Positions 18,187 to 26,688 of a stretch of 32,000 nt of DNA are shown piece after piece. The DNA is taken from contig CAKTAK010000009.1 in NCBI GenBank assembly GCA_934527315.1, positions 22,835-54,834 on the forward strand, given 5' to 3'. The notes below the pieces were generated by a model. It was not told the origin of the DNA. It saw only the letters and a list, made by a program, of their open reading frames with translations, and did not search any database. The stretch is from an uncultured Oscillospiraceae bacterium (GTDB lineage: Bacteria; Bacillota; Clostridia; Oscillospirales; Oscillospiraceae). Each line of letters begins with the position of its first letter. The first letter of the stretch is position 1. Made by a program: the position numbers and the translations under genes.

Positions 18187-18215
18187 TTGACAGATGCAAT
18201 ACAGGGTGCTATGAT
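18187..18215 (+). promoter_or_regulatory. Near-consensus sigma-A promoter of the rib operon
   Basis: TTGACA (18187-18192), 17-nt spacer ending in TGC (extended -10), TATGAT (18210-18215). Confidence 0.7.
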
Positions 18216-18229
18216 GAATCCAACAAGTG

Positions 18230-18350
18230 AACAGAATGTCTTCGGGGCGGGGTGAGATTCCCCACCGGCGGTATAGCCCGCGAGCCAATTTGGCAGGAAC
18301 TGGTGAGATTCCAGTGCCGACAGTAAAGTCTGGATGAGAGAAGGCAAAGC
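18230..18350 (+). promoter_or_regulatory. FMN riboswitch (RFN element) aptamer
   Basis: CUUCGGGGCGGGGUGAGAUUCCCCACCGGCGGUAUAGCCCGCGAGCC ... GGUGAGAUUCCAGUGCCGACAGUAAAGUCUGGAUGAGAGAAGG matches the RFN consensus almost position by position. P1 is GUCUUC(18238-18243)/GAAGGC(18340-18345). Lies upstream of ribD. Confidence 0.93.
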
Positions 18351-18387
18351 AGCAGAATGTATCTGCTGCGAATCCATTTACGATTGC

Positions 18388-18425
18388 AAAGCCTCGATTT
18401 CAAACATGAAATCGAGGCTTTTTTG
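18388..18425 (+). terminator. Riboswitch expression-platform terminator (attenuator)
   Basis: 14-bp stem AAAGCCTCGATTTC/GAAATCGAGGCTTT with a 6-nt loop, followed by a T-run. It sits between the aptamer and the ribD SD (AAAGGAG, 18435-18441). Confidence 0.85.
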
Positions 18426-18448
18426 TTTTGTCCGAAAGGAGTTATCAC

Positions 18449-19531
18449 ATGGAAGAACAGTACATGCGCCGAGCCATTGACTTGGCAAAACAAGGCTTGG
18501 GCTGGACCAGTCCGAATCCCATGGTGGGAGCGGTGATTGTGAAAGACGGCCGCGTGATTGGAGAAGGATACCATCACCGCTGCGGGCAGGCGCATGCAGA
18601 GCGGAATGCTTTGGCGAATTGCAAGGAAGACCCTGCGGGCGCCGCAATCTATGTGACGTTGGAACCCTGCTGTCATACCGGACGGCAGCCACCCTGCACC
18701 CAAGCCATTTTAGAGGCGGGAATCAGTCGAGTGGTGATTGGCTCCCGGGATCCCAATCCCAAGGTAGCAGGGGGCGGCGTGAAACTTCTCCGAGATGCGG
18801 GCATCGAAGTGACGGAGGATTTTCTCCGGGAAGAATGTGACGCGTTGAACCCGGTGTTCTTCCATTACATCACGGAGAAAACACCTTATGTGGCCATGAA
18901 ATATGCCATGACTGCCGATGGAAAAATCGCAGCCTACAACGGTGCGTCGAAATGGATTACCGGAGCAGCCGCCCGAAATCACGTGCATCAGCTGCGCCAC
19001 CGATACACCGGCATTATGGCCGGTATCGGAACGGTATTGGCCGATGACCCGCTGCTGAACTGCCGCATGGAAGGCGGTCGGCAGCCGGTGCGGATTCTTT
19101 GCGATTCCAAGCTGCGGATTCCTCTGACAAGTCAAATCTGCCGCACAGCGCAAACGTATCAAACGATTGTAGCCTGCAGCGAAACGCACCCGGAAAAGCA
19201 GAGGGCGTTGGAAGATATGGGCATCACCGTTTTGGTGTGCCCGGGAGAAAACGGAACGGTTCATTTGCCGGAACTGATGCAGCGGTTGGGCGCGATGGAA
19301 ATCGACAGCATCTTGCTGGAAGGCGGGGGAACGCTGAACGAATCCATGCTGCAGGCAGGTCTGATTCAGAAGGTTTATGCCTACGTTGCTCCGAAACTGT
19401 TAGGAGGCAGAGAGGCGAAAACCCCGGTGGAGGGCAGAGGATTCGACAGCCCGGAAACTTGCCCGAAACTCTGCAATCCGATTCTGACGCAGCTGGGGGA
19501 AGACATTCTGCTGGAATACGAGGTGAAGTGA
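18449..19531 (+). CDS. ribD: Bifunctional riboflavin biosynthesis deaminase/reductase RibD
   Basis: Deaminase zinc motifs HAERNAL and TLEPCCHTGRQPPC, plus a C-terminal reductase domain. ATG 18449 has AAAGGAG 7 nt upstream. The track TTG 18428 lies in the terminator tail. Confidence 0.93.
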   Translation: MEEQYMRRAIDLAKQGLGWTSPNPMVGAVIVKDGRVIGEGYHHRCGQAHAERNALANCKEDPAGAAIYVTLEPCCHTGRQPPCTQAILEAGISRVVIGSRDPNPKVAGGGVKLLRDAGIEVTEDFLREECDALNPVFFHYITEKTPYVAMKYAMTADGKIAAYNGASKWITGAAARNHVHQLRHRYTGIMAGIGTVLADDPLLNCRMEGGRQPVRILCDSKLRIPLTSQICRTAQTYQTIVACSETHPEKQRALEDMGITVLVCPGENGTVHLPELMQRLGAMEIDSILLEGGGTLNESMLQAGLIQKVYAYVAPKLLGGREAKTPVEGRGFDSPETCPKLCNPILTQLGEDILLEYEVK

Positions 19532-20182
19532 ATGTTTACGGGAATCATTGAAGAAGTGGGCACGGTGCGCCGGGTGTTGTCCGGCGGAACAGCCGGAGAG
19601 ATTTCCATTCGGGCGGCAGCGGTTTTAGAGGGAACGCACATCGGAGACTCCATTGCGGTCAACGGTGTATGCCTGACGGTGACTGGAATGACGGGAGACG
19701 GCTTTACCGCCGATGTCATGCCGGAAACCCTGCGCCGGACCAATCTGGGGCGCTTGAACAGCGACAGCCGGGTGAATCTGGAACGGGCGATGGCGGCCGG
19801 CGGTCGATTCGGCGGGCACATCGTATCCGGGCACATTGACGGCGTGGGAACCATACGTTCCATGCGCAGGGAAGAAAACGCAGTGTGGGTAACCATCGCG
19901 GCGCCAACCCCCATTTTAAGACTGATTGTGGAGAAAGGTTCCATTGCAATCGACGGTGTGAGCCTGACAGTGGCGGAAGTGACATCGGAGACTTTTTCCG
20001 TTTCCATCATTCCCCACACCGGCGCGCAGACGATTCTTCTGTCGAAACGACCGGGAGAACAAGTCAATCTGGAAAACGATGTAGTGGGGAAATATGTCCA
20101 GCGGCTGCTGGAGCCTTATCAGACAGAAACGCCGAAGTCCGGCGGAATTACAGAAGAATTTTTGATGCAATACGGATTTTGA
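19532..20182 (+). CDS. ribE: Riboflavin synthase (alpha chain)
   Basis: MFTGIIEEVG start. Internal duplication with GDSIAVNGVCLTV and GSIAIDGVSLTV lumazine-binding repeats. Confidence 0.93.
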   Translation: MFTGIIEEVGTVRRVLSGGTAGEISIRAAAVLEGTHIGDSIAVNGVCLTVTGMTGDGFTADVMPETLRRTNLGRLNSDSRVNLERAMAAGGRFGGHIVSGHIDGVGTIRSMRREENAVWVTIAAPTPILRLIVEKGSIAIDGVSLTVAEVTSETFSVSIIPHTGAQTILLSKRPGEQVNLENDVVGKYVQRLLEPYQTETPKSGGITEEFLMQYGF

Positions 20183-20209
20183 TTCCGATAAGAAAGAAGG
20201 AAAATAATT

Positions 20210-21412
20210 ATGGAATTTGCAACGGTAGAAGAAATTCTGGACGAGCTGCGGGCGGGAAAAATTATTCTCTGCATTGATGACCCGGACCGTGAAAACGAAG
20301 GGGATATGATTTGCGCGGCACAGTTCGCCACCACGGAAAACGTGAACTTCATGGCAACCCATGCAAAAGGTCTGATTTGCACACCGATGTCGGAGACTCT
20401 GGCAAACCGTCTGGGATTTGAGCAGATGGTGAAGGTGAATACGGATAATCACTGCACGGCATTTACCGTGTCTGTGGACCATGTGGACACCACCACGGGC
20501 ATCTCCGCAGAGGAGCGGGGCTACACCTGCCGGAAGATTGTGGACCCCACCTCCAAACCGGAAGATTTCCGCCGCCCCGGTCATGTATTTCCGCTGACGG
20601 CGCGGAAAGGCGGCGTTCTGAAACGGAACGGACACACCGAGGCAACCGTTGACCTGTGCCGGTTGGCAGGTCTGGAGGAATGTGGTCTGTGCTGCGAAAT
20701 CATGCGGGAAGACGGCACCATGATGCGCACCACGGAGCTGCTGGAAAATGCGGAAAAATGGGGCATGAAAGTCATTACCATTAAGGATTTGCAGGACTAT
20801 TGCAGACTGCATGACCAGCATGTCATTCGGGAGGCGGAGGCTAAGCTGCCCACAAAGTACGGCGAGTTCCGGATTTTCGGATTTACCGACGACCTGACCG
20901 GGCAGAGCCATGTAGCATTGGTGAAGGGTGAAATCGGCGACGGCAAAAACGTGCTGTGCCGGGTGCATTCCGAGTGTCTGACCGGAGATATTTTCGGCTC
21001 CAAGCGCTGCGATTGCGGTCAGCAGCTGGAAACTGCTATGCAGATGATTGAGCAGGAGGGCCGGGGCATTCTGCTGTATATGCGTCAGGAGGGCCGTGGC
21101 ATCGGCTTGATTAACAAGCTGAAGGCTTATGAGCTGCAGGAGCAGGGCTACGATACCGTAGACGCCAACTTGAAACTGGGCTTTGCGGCAGACCTGCGGG
21201 AGTACTGGATCGGCGCGCAGATTCTCCGGAATCTTGGAGTAAAAGAATTGCGGCTGCTGACCAACAACCCGGAAAAAATTTACGGTTTGAGCGGATTCGG
21301 ACTGGAAATCGTGGAGCGGGTGCCGATTGAAATGGAGGCACAGAAGGACGATCGCTTTTATTTGAGAACGAAACAGGAACGTATGGGCCATATTTTTGCC
21401 CGGAAATATTAA
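20210..21412 (+). CDS. ribBA: Bifunctional 3,4-dihydroxy-2-butanone-4-phosphate synthase / GTP cyclohydrolase II
   Basis: DRENEGDMI and RNGHTEA (DHBP synthase). [18 protein letters not shown] and NPEKI (GTP cyclohydrolase II). Confidence 0.95.
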   Translation: MEFATVEEILDELRAGKIILCIDDPDRENEGDMICAAQFATTENVNFMATHAKGLICTPMSETLANRLGFEQMVKVNTDNHCTAFTVSVDHVDTTTGISAEERGYTCRKIVDPTSKPEDFRRPGHVFPLTARKGGVLKRNGHTEATVDLCRLAGLEECGLCCEIMREDGTMMRTTELLENAEKWGMKVITIKDLQDYCRLHDQHVIREAEAKLPTKYGEFRIFGFTDDLTGQSHVALVKGEIGDGKNVLCRVHSECLTGDIFGSKRCDCGQQLETAMQMIEQEGRGILLYMRQEGRGIGLINKLKAYELQEQGYDTVDANLKLGFAADLREYWIGAQILRNLGVKELRLLTNNPEKIYGLSGFGLEIVERVPIEMEAQKDDRFYLRTKQERMGHIFARKY

Positions 21413-21436
21413 GAAAATTAAACGGAGGAACGATCC

Positions 21437-21904
21437 ATGAGCATTCGAGTATTGGAAGGAAAAGTTGTTGCCGAGGGCATGAAAGTGGGCATTGTGGCCT
21501 CTCGATTCAATAGTTTCATTGTGCAGAAACTGTTGGACGGCGCGGTGGACGGTCTGGTGCGTCACGGTGTGACAGAGGAAGACATCACCGCTGCGTGGGT
21601 GCCGGGCGCCTTTGAATTGCCCATCGTGGCCAAACAGATGGCAGAGAGCGGAAAGTATGACGCTGTGATTTGCGTAGGCGCGGTGATTCGCGGCTCCACC
21701 AGTCACTATGAGCTGGTGTGCAATGAGGTTGCCAAGGGCATTGCTCAGGTCAGCATGCAGACCGGTGTGCCGGTGCTGTTTGGCGTGATTACCACGGAGA
21801 ACATCGAGCAGGCCATTGAACGGGCTGGCTCCAAGGCCGGAAATAAGGGCTATGATTGCGCATTGAGCGCCATCGAAATGGTGAATTTGAAAAAGCAGCT
21901 GTAA
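21437..21904 (+). CDS. ribH: 6,7-dimethyl-8-ribityllumazine synthase
   Basis: 155 aa. [20 protein letters not shown] and GVITT motifs. Confidence 0.95.
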   Translation: MSIRVLEGKVVAEGMKVGIVASRFNSFIVQKLLDGAVDGLVRHGVTEEDITAAWVPGAFELPIVAKQMAESGKYDAVICVGAVIRGSTSHYELVCNEVAKGIAQVSMQTGVPVLFGVITTENIEQAIERAGSKAGNKGYDCALSAIEMVNLKKQL

Positions 21905-21908
21905 ATAT

Positions 21909-21939
21909 AAAAAAGGTTCGGCCATGCCGAACCTTTTTT
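21909..21939. terminator. Bidirectional intrinsic terminator shared by ribH (+) and the lipoprotein gene (-)
   Basis: A6-GGTTCGGC-CAT-GCCGAACC-T6. Symmetric A and T tracts sit between convergent genes. Confidence 0.8.
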
Positions 21940-21962
21940 ATACATCATATAGTGTTGCGGAA

Positions 21963-22532
21963 TTACAGAATTGCCTCGTCGTATGCCACGGAAACGTTTT
22001 CGTAGCAAGCCTGCAACTGATCACGGAAACTGTCCACCAGATCATCAGCGCCGTACACGGTCACCATGTATTCGCCCACGGTGAGAATCACCATTTTGTC
22101 GGGGAAACCGCACATCCACTGCTGATTCTGCAGTTTCTCGTGCTGGTCAGCGGTCAGCGTGGAGAGGGTGCTTGCGTCGGTGACGTGATAAGCGCCGCAG
22201 GTGAAGGTGTTGGAATTCATCATGTGCGTCAGAGAGGCAGCATCATCAATCAGCTCCACATCGTCCTCGGGAAAGCACAGCTGATAGCTCAGGCTGTCAG
22301 CGTCCATTGCCTCGAACTTGCCGGGAGCATCATCAACGGAGTGCTCAAAGTCACCGCCGGCAGCGGCGAACTTTGCATCTTCGGGCAGTGCGTCCCACAC
22401 GGTGGTCAGCAGGGTCAGCGCATCGGGAATTTCGGCGGCGTCACCGGTGGTGTTGTCATTTTTGGTGCCGCAGGCAGCCAGCGCAAAGAGCATAGCGCCG
22501 GCCAGAAGCAGGCTGGTGAGTTTTTTCATCAT
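21963..22532 (-). CDS. Putative secreted lipoprotein, function unknown
   Basis: Start MMKKLTSLLLAGAMLFALAAC with lipobox LAAC. AAGGAG lies 9 nt upstream of ATG 22532. The track start at 22577 has no SD. Acidic mature domain with four Cys. Confidence 0.7.
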   Translation of the reverse strand: MMKKLTSLLLAGAMLFALAACGTKNDNTTGDAAEIPDALTLLTTVWDALPEDAKFAAAGGDFEHSVDDAPGKFEAMDADSLSYQLCFPEDDVELIDDAASLTHMMNSNTFTCGAYHVTDASTLSTLTADQHEKLQNQQWMCGFPDKMVILTVGEYMVTVYGADDLVDSFRDQLQACYENVSVAYDEAIL

Positions 22533-22651
22533 GTTTTCATTCTCCTTTGGTCGGTGTTTATGTTTCCATTTGTGCATTGCACAAGAGAATAGACGTACGG
22601 GGAAAGAAAAAGTTCCGCATTTTTTGAAAAAAGTTTTTCAGAGACAGACAA

Positions 22652-22681
22652 AGACCGCTGCACCCATGGGTGCAGCGGTCT
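22652..22681 (-). terminator. Probable rnpB terminator hairpin (30-nt perfect palindrome)
   Basis: AGACCGCTGCACC-CATG-GGTGCAGCGGTCT. On the minus strand it is followed by TTGTCTGTCTC, an interrupted U-tract. It lies about 10 nt after the rnpB 3' end. Confidence 0.5.
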
Positions 22682-22689
22682 GAATTGTC

Positions 22690-23040
22690 TAAATACAAGT
22701 GCGTCTGTAAGCCGAGTTCTGTCAATGAATGGTCATCAATCTAGACGCACCATTGCTGATGCGTTCAAGCCACCTCCTGAGAACGGCCGGGCCGGCCTAT
22801 TGTTCTCCCACGGTGTTGCTCCGGATAGAGTTTACAGCGGCCACATGTCTCCATGCACCGGGTGAGCTCTTACCTCGCCTTTCCACCCTTACTGTTCCGA
22901 AGAACAGCGGTATATTTCTGTTGCACTTGTCCGAGGGTCGCCCCTGGCGGGTGTTACCCGTTATCCTTGCCCTATGGAGCCCGGACTTTCCTCACGCACA
23001 GGCTTTCGCCTTATGCCCGCGACCATTTGACGCACTTGTT
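22690..23040 (-). ncRNA. rnpB: RNase P RNA, bacterial type A (ends approximate)
   Basis: The reverse complement contains GAGGAAAGTCCGGGCTCCATAGGGCAAGG, GTAACACCCGCC, ACAAGTGCAACAGAAA, GTAAGGGTGGAAAGGCGAGGTAAGAGCTCACC, GTAAACTC.ATCCGGAGCAA and ACAGAACTCGGCTTACAG. The 11-bp P1 is ACAAGTGCGTC (23029-23039 rc) / GACGCACTTGT (22695-22705 rc). Collinear with E. coli M1 RNA. Confidence 0.9.
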
Positions 23041-23045
23041 CCTCT

Positions 23046-23074
23046 ATTCTACACACCTTTCCCCCAAACGTCAA
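23046..23074 (-). promoter_or_regulatory. Sigma-A promoter of rnpB
   Basis: Read on the minus strand: TTGACG (23074-23069), 17-nt spacer, TAGAAT (23051-23046). The predicted transcription start site (TSS) coincides with the start of P1. Confidence 0.65.
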
Positions 23075-23082
23075 CAAAAATG

Positions 23083-23111
23083 TTGTAATTTCATGGAATT
23101 CGGGATATAAT
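23083..23111 (+). promoter_or_regulatory. Candidate sigma-A promoter of murD, divergent from the rnpB promoter
   Basis: TTGTAA (23083-23088), 17-nt spacer, TATAAT (23106-23111). Its -35 box is only 8 bp from the rnpB -35 box on the other strand. Confidence 0.5.
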
Positions 23112-23241
23112 ATAATGCTTGCGAAGAGCGAAAACACCCGAAAAAATCAGGGATTTTACATAGTTTGACATAGGAAATTGAGTTTGCTTTTTGCGGAAAG
23201 GAGTAGGCAGCGGCCGAAATCGGACGGTGCCGAGAAAACCG

Positions 23242-24630
23242 ATGAATTTTTCAGAATATTTGGAGAGCCTGCAGGGCAAAAAAATCGTTGTGATTGGCGC
23301 CGGGGTGAGCAATCTGCCCTGGATTGAGCTGCTGTGCGGCATGAAGTATGATGTAACTGTCTGCGACAAACGGACAGAGGAAACCATGGGTGAGCTGTAC
23401 GGGAAACTCACCGGCATGGGCGCAAAGCTGCAGCTGGGAGAGACCTATCTGGAGCATTTGGAGCCTTGCGATGTGATTTACAGAACCCCCGGCTTGCTGC
23501 CGCTGAACCCTTATTTGCAGGCGGCCATGGCGCACGGAGTCACCGTGACCAGTGAAATGGAAGTGTTCTTCCGGCTGTGCCCCTGCAAAACCATTGCCAT
23601 TACCGGCTCTGACGGAAAAACAACCACCAGCACCGTCATTTCCGAGCTGCTGAAAGCCAGCGGCAAAACGGTGCATCTGGGCGGCAATATCGGCCGGCCT
23701 TTGCTGTGCGATATTCCGAAAATGAGCGCAGATGACGTGTGCGTGTTGGAGCTGTCTTCGTTCCAGCTGCACAGCATGACCTGCAAGCCCAATGTGGCGG
23801 TGGTGACCAATGTGTCTCCCAACCATCTGGATGTCCATCCGGATTTTGAAGACTATAAGAATGCCAAGAAGAGCGTATACCGTCTGCAGGACGCAGGAGA
23901 CCGTTTGGTGGTCAATGGGGACAATGCCATTACCGACCGTTTCGGTGATGAGGCAAAGTCTCAGGTTTATCGGTTCTCCCGGCAGAAACCGGTGCAGCGG
24001 GGCGCGTACTACAAAGACGGAAAAATCTGGTTCACGGACGGCAAGACCACCCGGGAATTGATTGAGATTGACGAGATTAAAATCCCCGGTATGCATAATG
24101 TGGAAAATTACATGGCGGCATACTGCGCGGTGGAGGGCTTGGTCAGCGATGAAACCTTCCGACAGGTGGCCCGCACATTCGGCGGTGTGGAGCATCGTCT
24201 GGAGCTGATTCGGGAACTGCACGGCGTGAAGTACATCAACGACTCCATTGCCTCCAGCCCCACCCGGGCGCTGGCCGGCTTGCGGTCTTTCAAACCGGAA
24301 GAACGTCTGATTCTGATTGTAGGCGGACATGATAAGCATGTGCCCTTTGATGAACTGGCGGAGGAAATCTGCACCCGCTGCAAGGCGCTGTTCATTTGCG
24401 GAGAAACGGCGGAAAAAATTGCCGATGCGGTGAAACATGCACCGGGATATACGGAGAATTTCCCCATGTTTGTAAACGAGGATTGGACGGAGAACGTGTT
24501 GGCGGCCAGCCGTTTTGCTGAGCCGGGCGATACGGTGCTGCTGTCTCCGGCTTGTTCTTCCTTTGATTTCTTCCCGAATTTTATGGCCCGGGGCAATTTG
24601 TTCCGGAAAATCGTCATGGAGTTGAAGTAA
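23242..24630 (+). CDS. murD: UDP-N-acetylmuramoyl-L-alanine--D-glutamate ligase
   Basis: GKKIVVIGAGVSN Rossmann N-terminus, ITGSDGKTTT P-loop, NAMAA-like YMAAYCA region, GGHDK. ATG 23242 gives the usual N-terminal length. The track TTG 23191 has no SD. Confidence 0.9.
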   Translation: MNFSEYLESLQGKKIVVIGAGVSNLPWIELLCGMKYDVTVCDKRTEETMGELYGKLTGMGAKLQLGETYLEHLEPCDVIYRTPGLLPLNPYLQAAMAHGVTVTSEMEVFFRLCPCKTIAITGSDGKTTTSTVISELLKASGKTVHLGGNIGRPLLCDIPKMSADDVCVLELSSFQLHSMTCKPNVAVVTNVSPNHLDVHPDFEDYKNAKKSVYRLQDAGDRLVVNGDNAITDRFGDEAKSQVYRFSRQKPVQRGAYYKDGKIWFTDGKTTRELIEIDEIKIPGMHNVENYMAAYCAVEGLVSDETFRQVARTFGGVEHRLELIRELHGVKYINDSIASSPTRALAGLRSFKPEERLILIVGGHDKHVPFDELAEEICTRCKALFICGETAEKIADAVKHAPGYTENFPMFVNEDWTENVLAASRFAEPGDTVLLSPACSSFDFFPNFMARGNLFRKIVMELK

Positions 24631-24631
24631 T

Positions 24632-25660
24632 ATGGAGCTGCGCACAACAATTGAAACGCTGTCCGCGCTTTCCGGTCCCGCCAGTATGGAAGAAACCGTG
24701 CGGGAGTATTTAATGGGCTGCCTGACGCCCTTGTGCGACACGGTGGAAACCGATGCTATGGGCAATGTGATTGCCCTGCGCCGCTGCGGCAAACCCGGCG
24801 CAAAAAAAGTGCTGTTAGATGCCCACATGGACGAAGTGGGATTGATTGTCACCGGCATTGACCGGGGATTTCTGCGGTTTGCATCATTGGGCGGTGTCGA
24901 TGCCCGGCTGCTGCCTGCCACGGAAGTGACGGTGCTGACCGAGCCGCCGATTCCCGGGGTGATTGACACCATGCCGCCCCATGCGCTGCAGGCAGCGGAT
25001 ATGGAAAAGGCCGTTCCGATGGATAAACTGGTGATTGATATCGGCATGACCCAGAGCGAGGCGGAGCGGGCGGTTCCTTTGGGAACGGCTGCGGCTTTCA
25101 CCTCCCGTCCGGTGCTGTTGGAAAACAACCGTCTGGCAGGAAAATCTCTGGATAACCGGGCTTGCGTTGCCATTGCGCTGCAGACCCTGGAAAACCTGCA
25201 AGCCGTGGAGCTGCCCTATGATTTATATTGTATGTTCAGCGCCCAGGAGGAATTGGGTATGCGGGGCGCCCCGGCAGGGGTGTACGGCATTGACCCGGAC
25301 TATGCGGTGGTGCTGGATGTGACCCACGGAAAAACACCGGACGCTCAAAGTGTTACGGTAATGGATTTGGACCGGGGACCGGCCATCGGCATCGGCCCGA
25401 ATATGACCCATGCCATGACCGTGGCGCTGAAAAAAACGGCGAAGCGGGAGCAGATTCCCTATCAGATGGAAGTAATGCACGGCACCAGCGGTACCGACGC
25501 ATGGCCCATTCAGATTGCCCGGGGCGGCATTGCCACGGCGGTGCTGTCCCTGCCGCTGCGGTATATGCATGGTCCTTTTGAGGTCATCAGCCTGAACGAT
25601 GCCCAAGCGGTTACGGACCTGCTGACGGCATTTCTGAAAGACGGGGAGGTGACGGCATGA
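24632..25660 (+). CDS. M42 family metallo-aminopeptidase (TET/FrvX/YsdC type), paralog 1
   Basis: DAHMDEVGL, KSLDNRAC, SAQEELGMRGA and RYMHGP are spaced as in M42 peptidases. Confidence 0.88.
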   Translation: MELRTTIETLSALSGPASMEETVREYLMGCLTPLCDTVETDAMGNVIALRRCGKPGAKKVLLDAHMDEVGLIVTGIDRGFLRFASLGGVDARLLPATEVTVLTEPPIPGVIDTMPPHALQAADMEKAVPMDKLVIDIGMTQSEAERAVPLGTAAAFTSRPVLLENNRLAGKSLDNRACVAIALQTLENLQAVELPYDLYCMFSAQEELGMRGAPAGVYGIDPDYAVVLDVTHGKTPDAQSVTVMDLDRGPAIGIGPNMTHAMTVALKKTAKREQIPYQMEVMHGTSGTDAWPIQIARGGIATAVLSLPLRYMHGPFEVISLNDAQAVTDLLTAFLKDGEVTA

Positions 25661-26688
25661 ATCTGGAACTGCTAAAGACTTTGTGCCGTCTGCCGGGCGT
25701 TTCCGGACGGGAAGACGCGGTGCGGGACTATCTCCGTGGCATGGCGCAGCCCGTGGCGGACCGCATAGAAACCGATGCCATGGGAAATCTGATGGTATTT
25801 CGGAAAGGCCGGCACTCGGATAAAACCTTGATGTTGGCGGCGCACATGGACGAAGTGGGCGTGATTATCACCGGCATGACCGGCGATGGATATTTGAAAT
25901 TTGACTTTGTAGGCGGTGTGGACCGCCGCGTGGTACTGGGAAAACAGGTTCTCGTGGGCGAGAAAAAGCTGCCCGGTATCATCGGTATGAAAGCATTCCA
26001 TCTGTCTCCCAACCGGGAAGAAGTACCGCCAGTGTCTGCGTTATATCTGGATATCGGTGCAAAAAGCCGGGAAGAGGCGGAGCAGTTGGTAACACCGGGA
26101 GAAATCGGTGTGATGATTGGCGAGCCGGTGCAGCTCGGTGGGGATTTGCTGAAAGCAAAGGCCATTGATGACCGCTTGGGCTGCGCGGTGCTTGCGGAAT
26201 TGATGACCGGGGAAACTCCGGCGGTGGACACTTGGTTTGTGTTTACCACCCAGGAAGAAGTGGGCACCCGGGGTGTCGGTCCGGCGGTCTGGCGGATTCA
26301 GCCGGATGCTGCCATTGTGGTGGAGGGCACCACGGCTGCGGATTTGCCCGGTGTGCCGGAGCATAAGACCATTTGCCATGTGGGCAAGGGCGCGGTGCTG
26401 CCTTTCATGGACCGGGGCACCGTGTATGACCGCAAGCTGCGGGAAAAGGCGCTGGCGGTTGCGGCAAAGCACGGAATTCCGACGCAAACGAAACAAATGA
26501 TTGCCGGCGGAACAGACGCCTCTGTGATTCAGCGGAGTGCGGGCGCCGTTCCGGTGATCGGCATTGCCGCGGCGCTGCGGAATATCCATTCCCCGGCCAG
26601 CATCGGAAGTATTTCTGATTTCAACGCGGTGTATTGGCTGACCAAGCTGATGATGACAGAAATTTTCAAGGAGAATGAAGAAGAGTGA
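25657..26688 (+). CDS. M42 family metallo-aminopeptidase, paralog 2
   Basis: AAHMDEVGV, KAIDDRLGC, TTQEEVGTRG and NIHSPAS. ATGA overlap with paralog 1. Confidence 0.88.
   Translation: MNLELLKTLCRLPGVSGREDAVRDYLRGMAQPVADRIETDAMGNLMVFRKGRHSDKTLMLAAHMDEVGVIITGMTGDGYLKFDFVGGVDRRVVLGKQVLVGEKKLPGIIGMKAFHLSPNREEVPPVSALYLDIGAKSREEAEQLVTPGEIGVMIGEPVQLGGDLLKAKAIDDRLGCAVLAELMTGETPAVDTWFVFTTQEEVGTRGVGPAVWRIQPDAAIVVEGTTAADLPGVPEHKTICHVGKGAVLPFMDRGTVYDRKLREKALAVAAKHGIPTQTKQMIAGGTDASVIQRSAGAVPVIGIAAALRNIHSPASIGSISDFNAVYWLTKLMMTEIFKENEEE

Noticed and set aside
18123-18703. Minus-strand ORFs of 84, 164 and 104 aa
   Set aside because: They overlap the FMN riboswitch, its terminator and the ribD 5' end. They are explained by the RNA element and by antisense to ribD.
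19916-21925. 669-aa minus-strand ORF
   Set aside because: Antisense to ribE, ribBA and ribH, whose signature motifs are clear. Same compositional artefact.
21924-22592. 222-aa + strand ORF opposite the lipoprotein gene
   Set aside because: It would start inside the ribH terminator hairpin and has no SD. The minus-strand frame has AAGGAG, a signal peptide and a lipobox.
22729-23110. Two + strand ORFs of 119 and 85 aa
   Set aside because: They lie over the minus-strand RNase P RNA. The region has conserved rnpB sequence blocks and helices, no SD, and non-protein-like translations.
23115-23168. 17-codon ORF (MLAKSENTRKNQGFYIV) in the murD leader
   Set aside because: The ATG overlaps the predicted -10/TSS region and has no SD. 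Probably not translated.
23251-25173. 640-aa minus-strand ORF
   Set aside because: Antisense to murD and the first M42 peptidase. No motifs, biased His/Arg/Gly composition.
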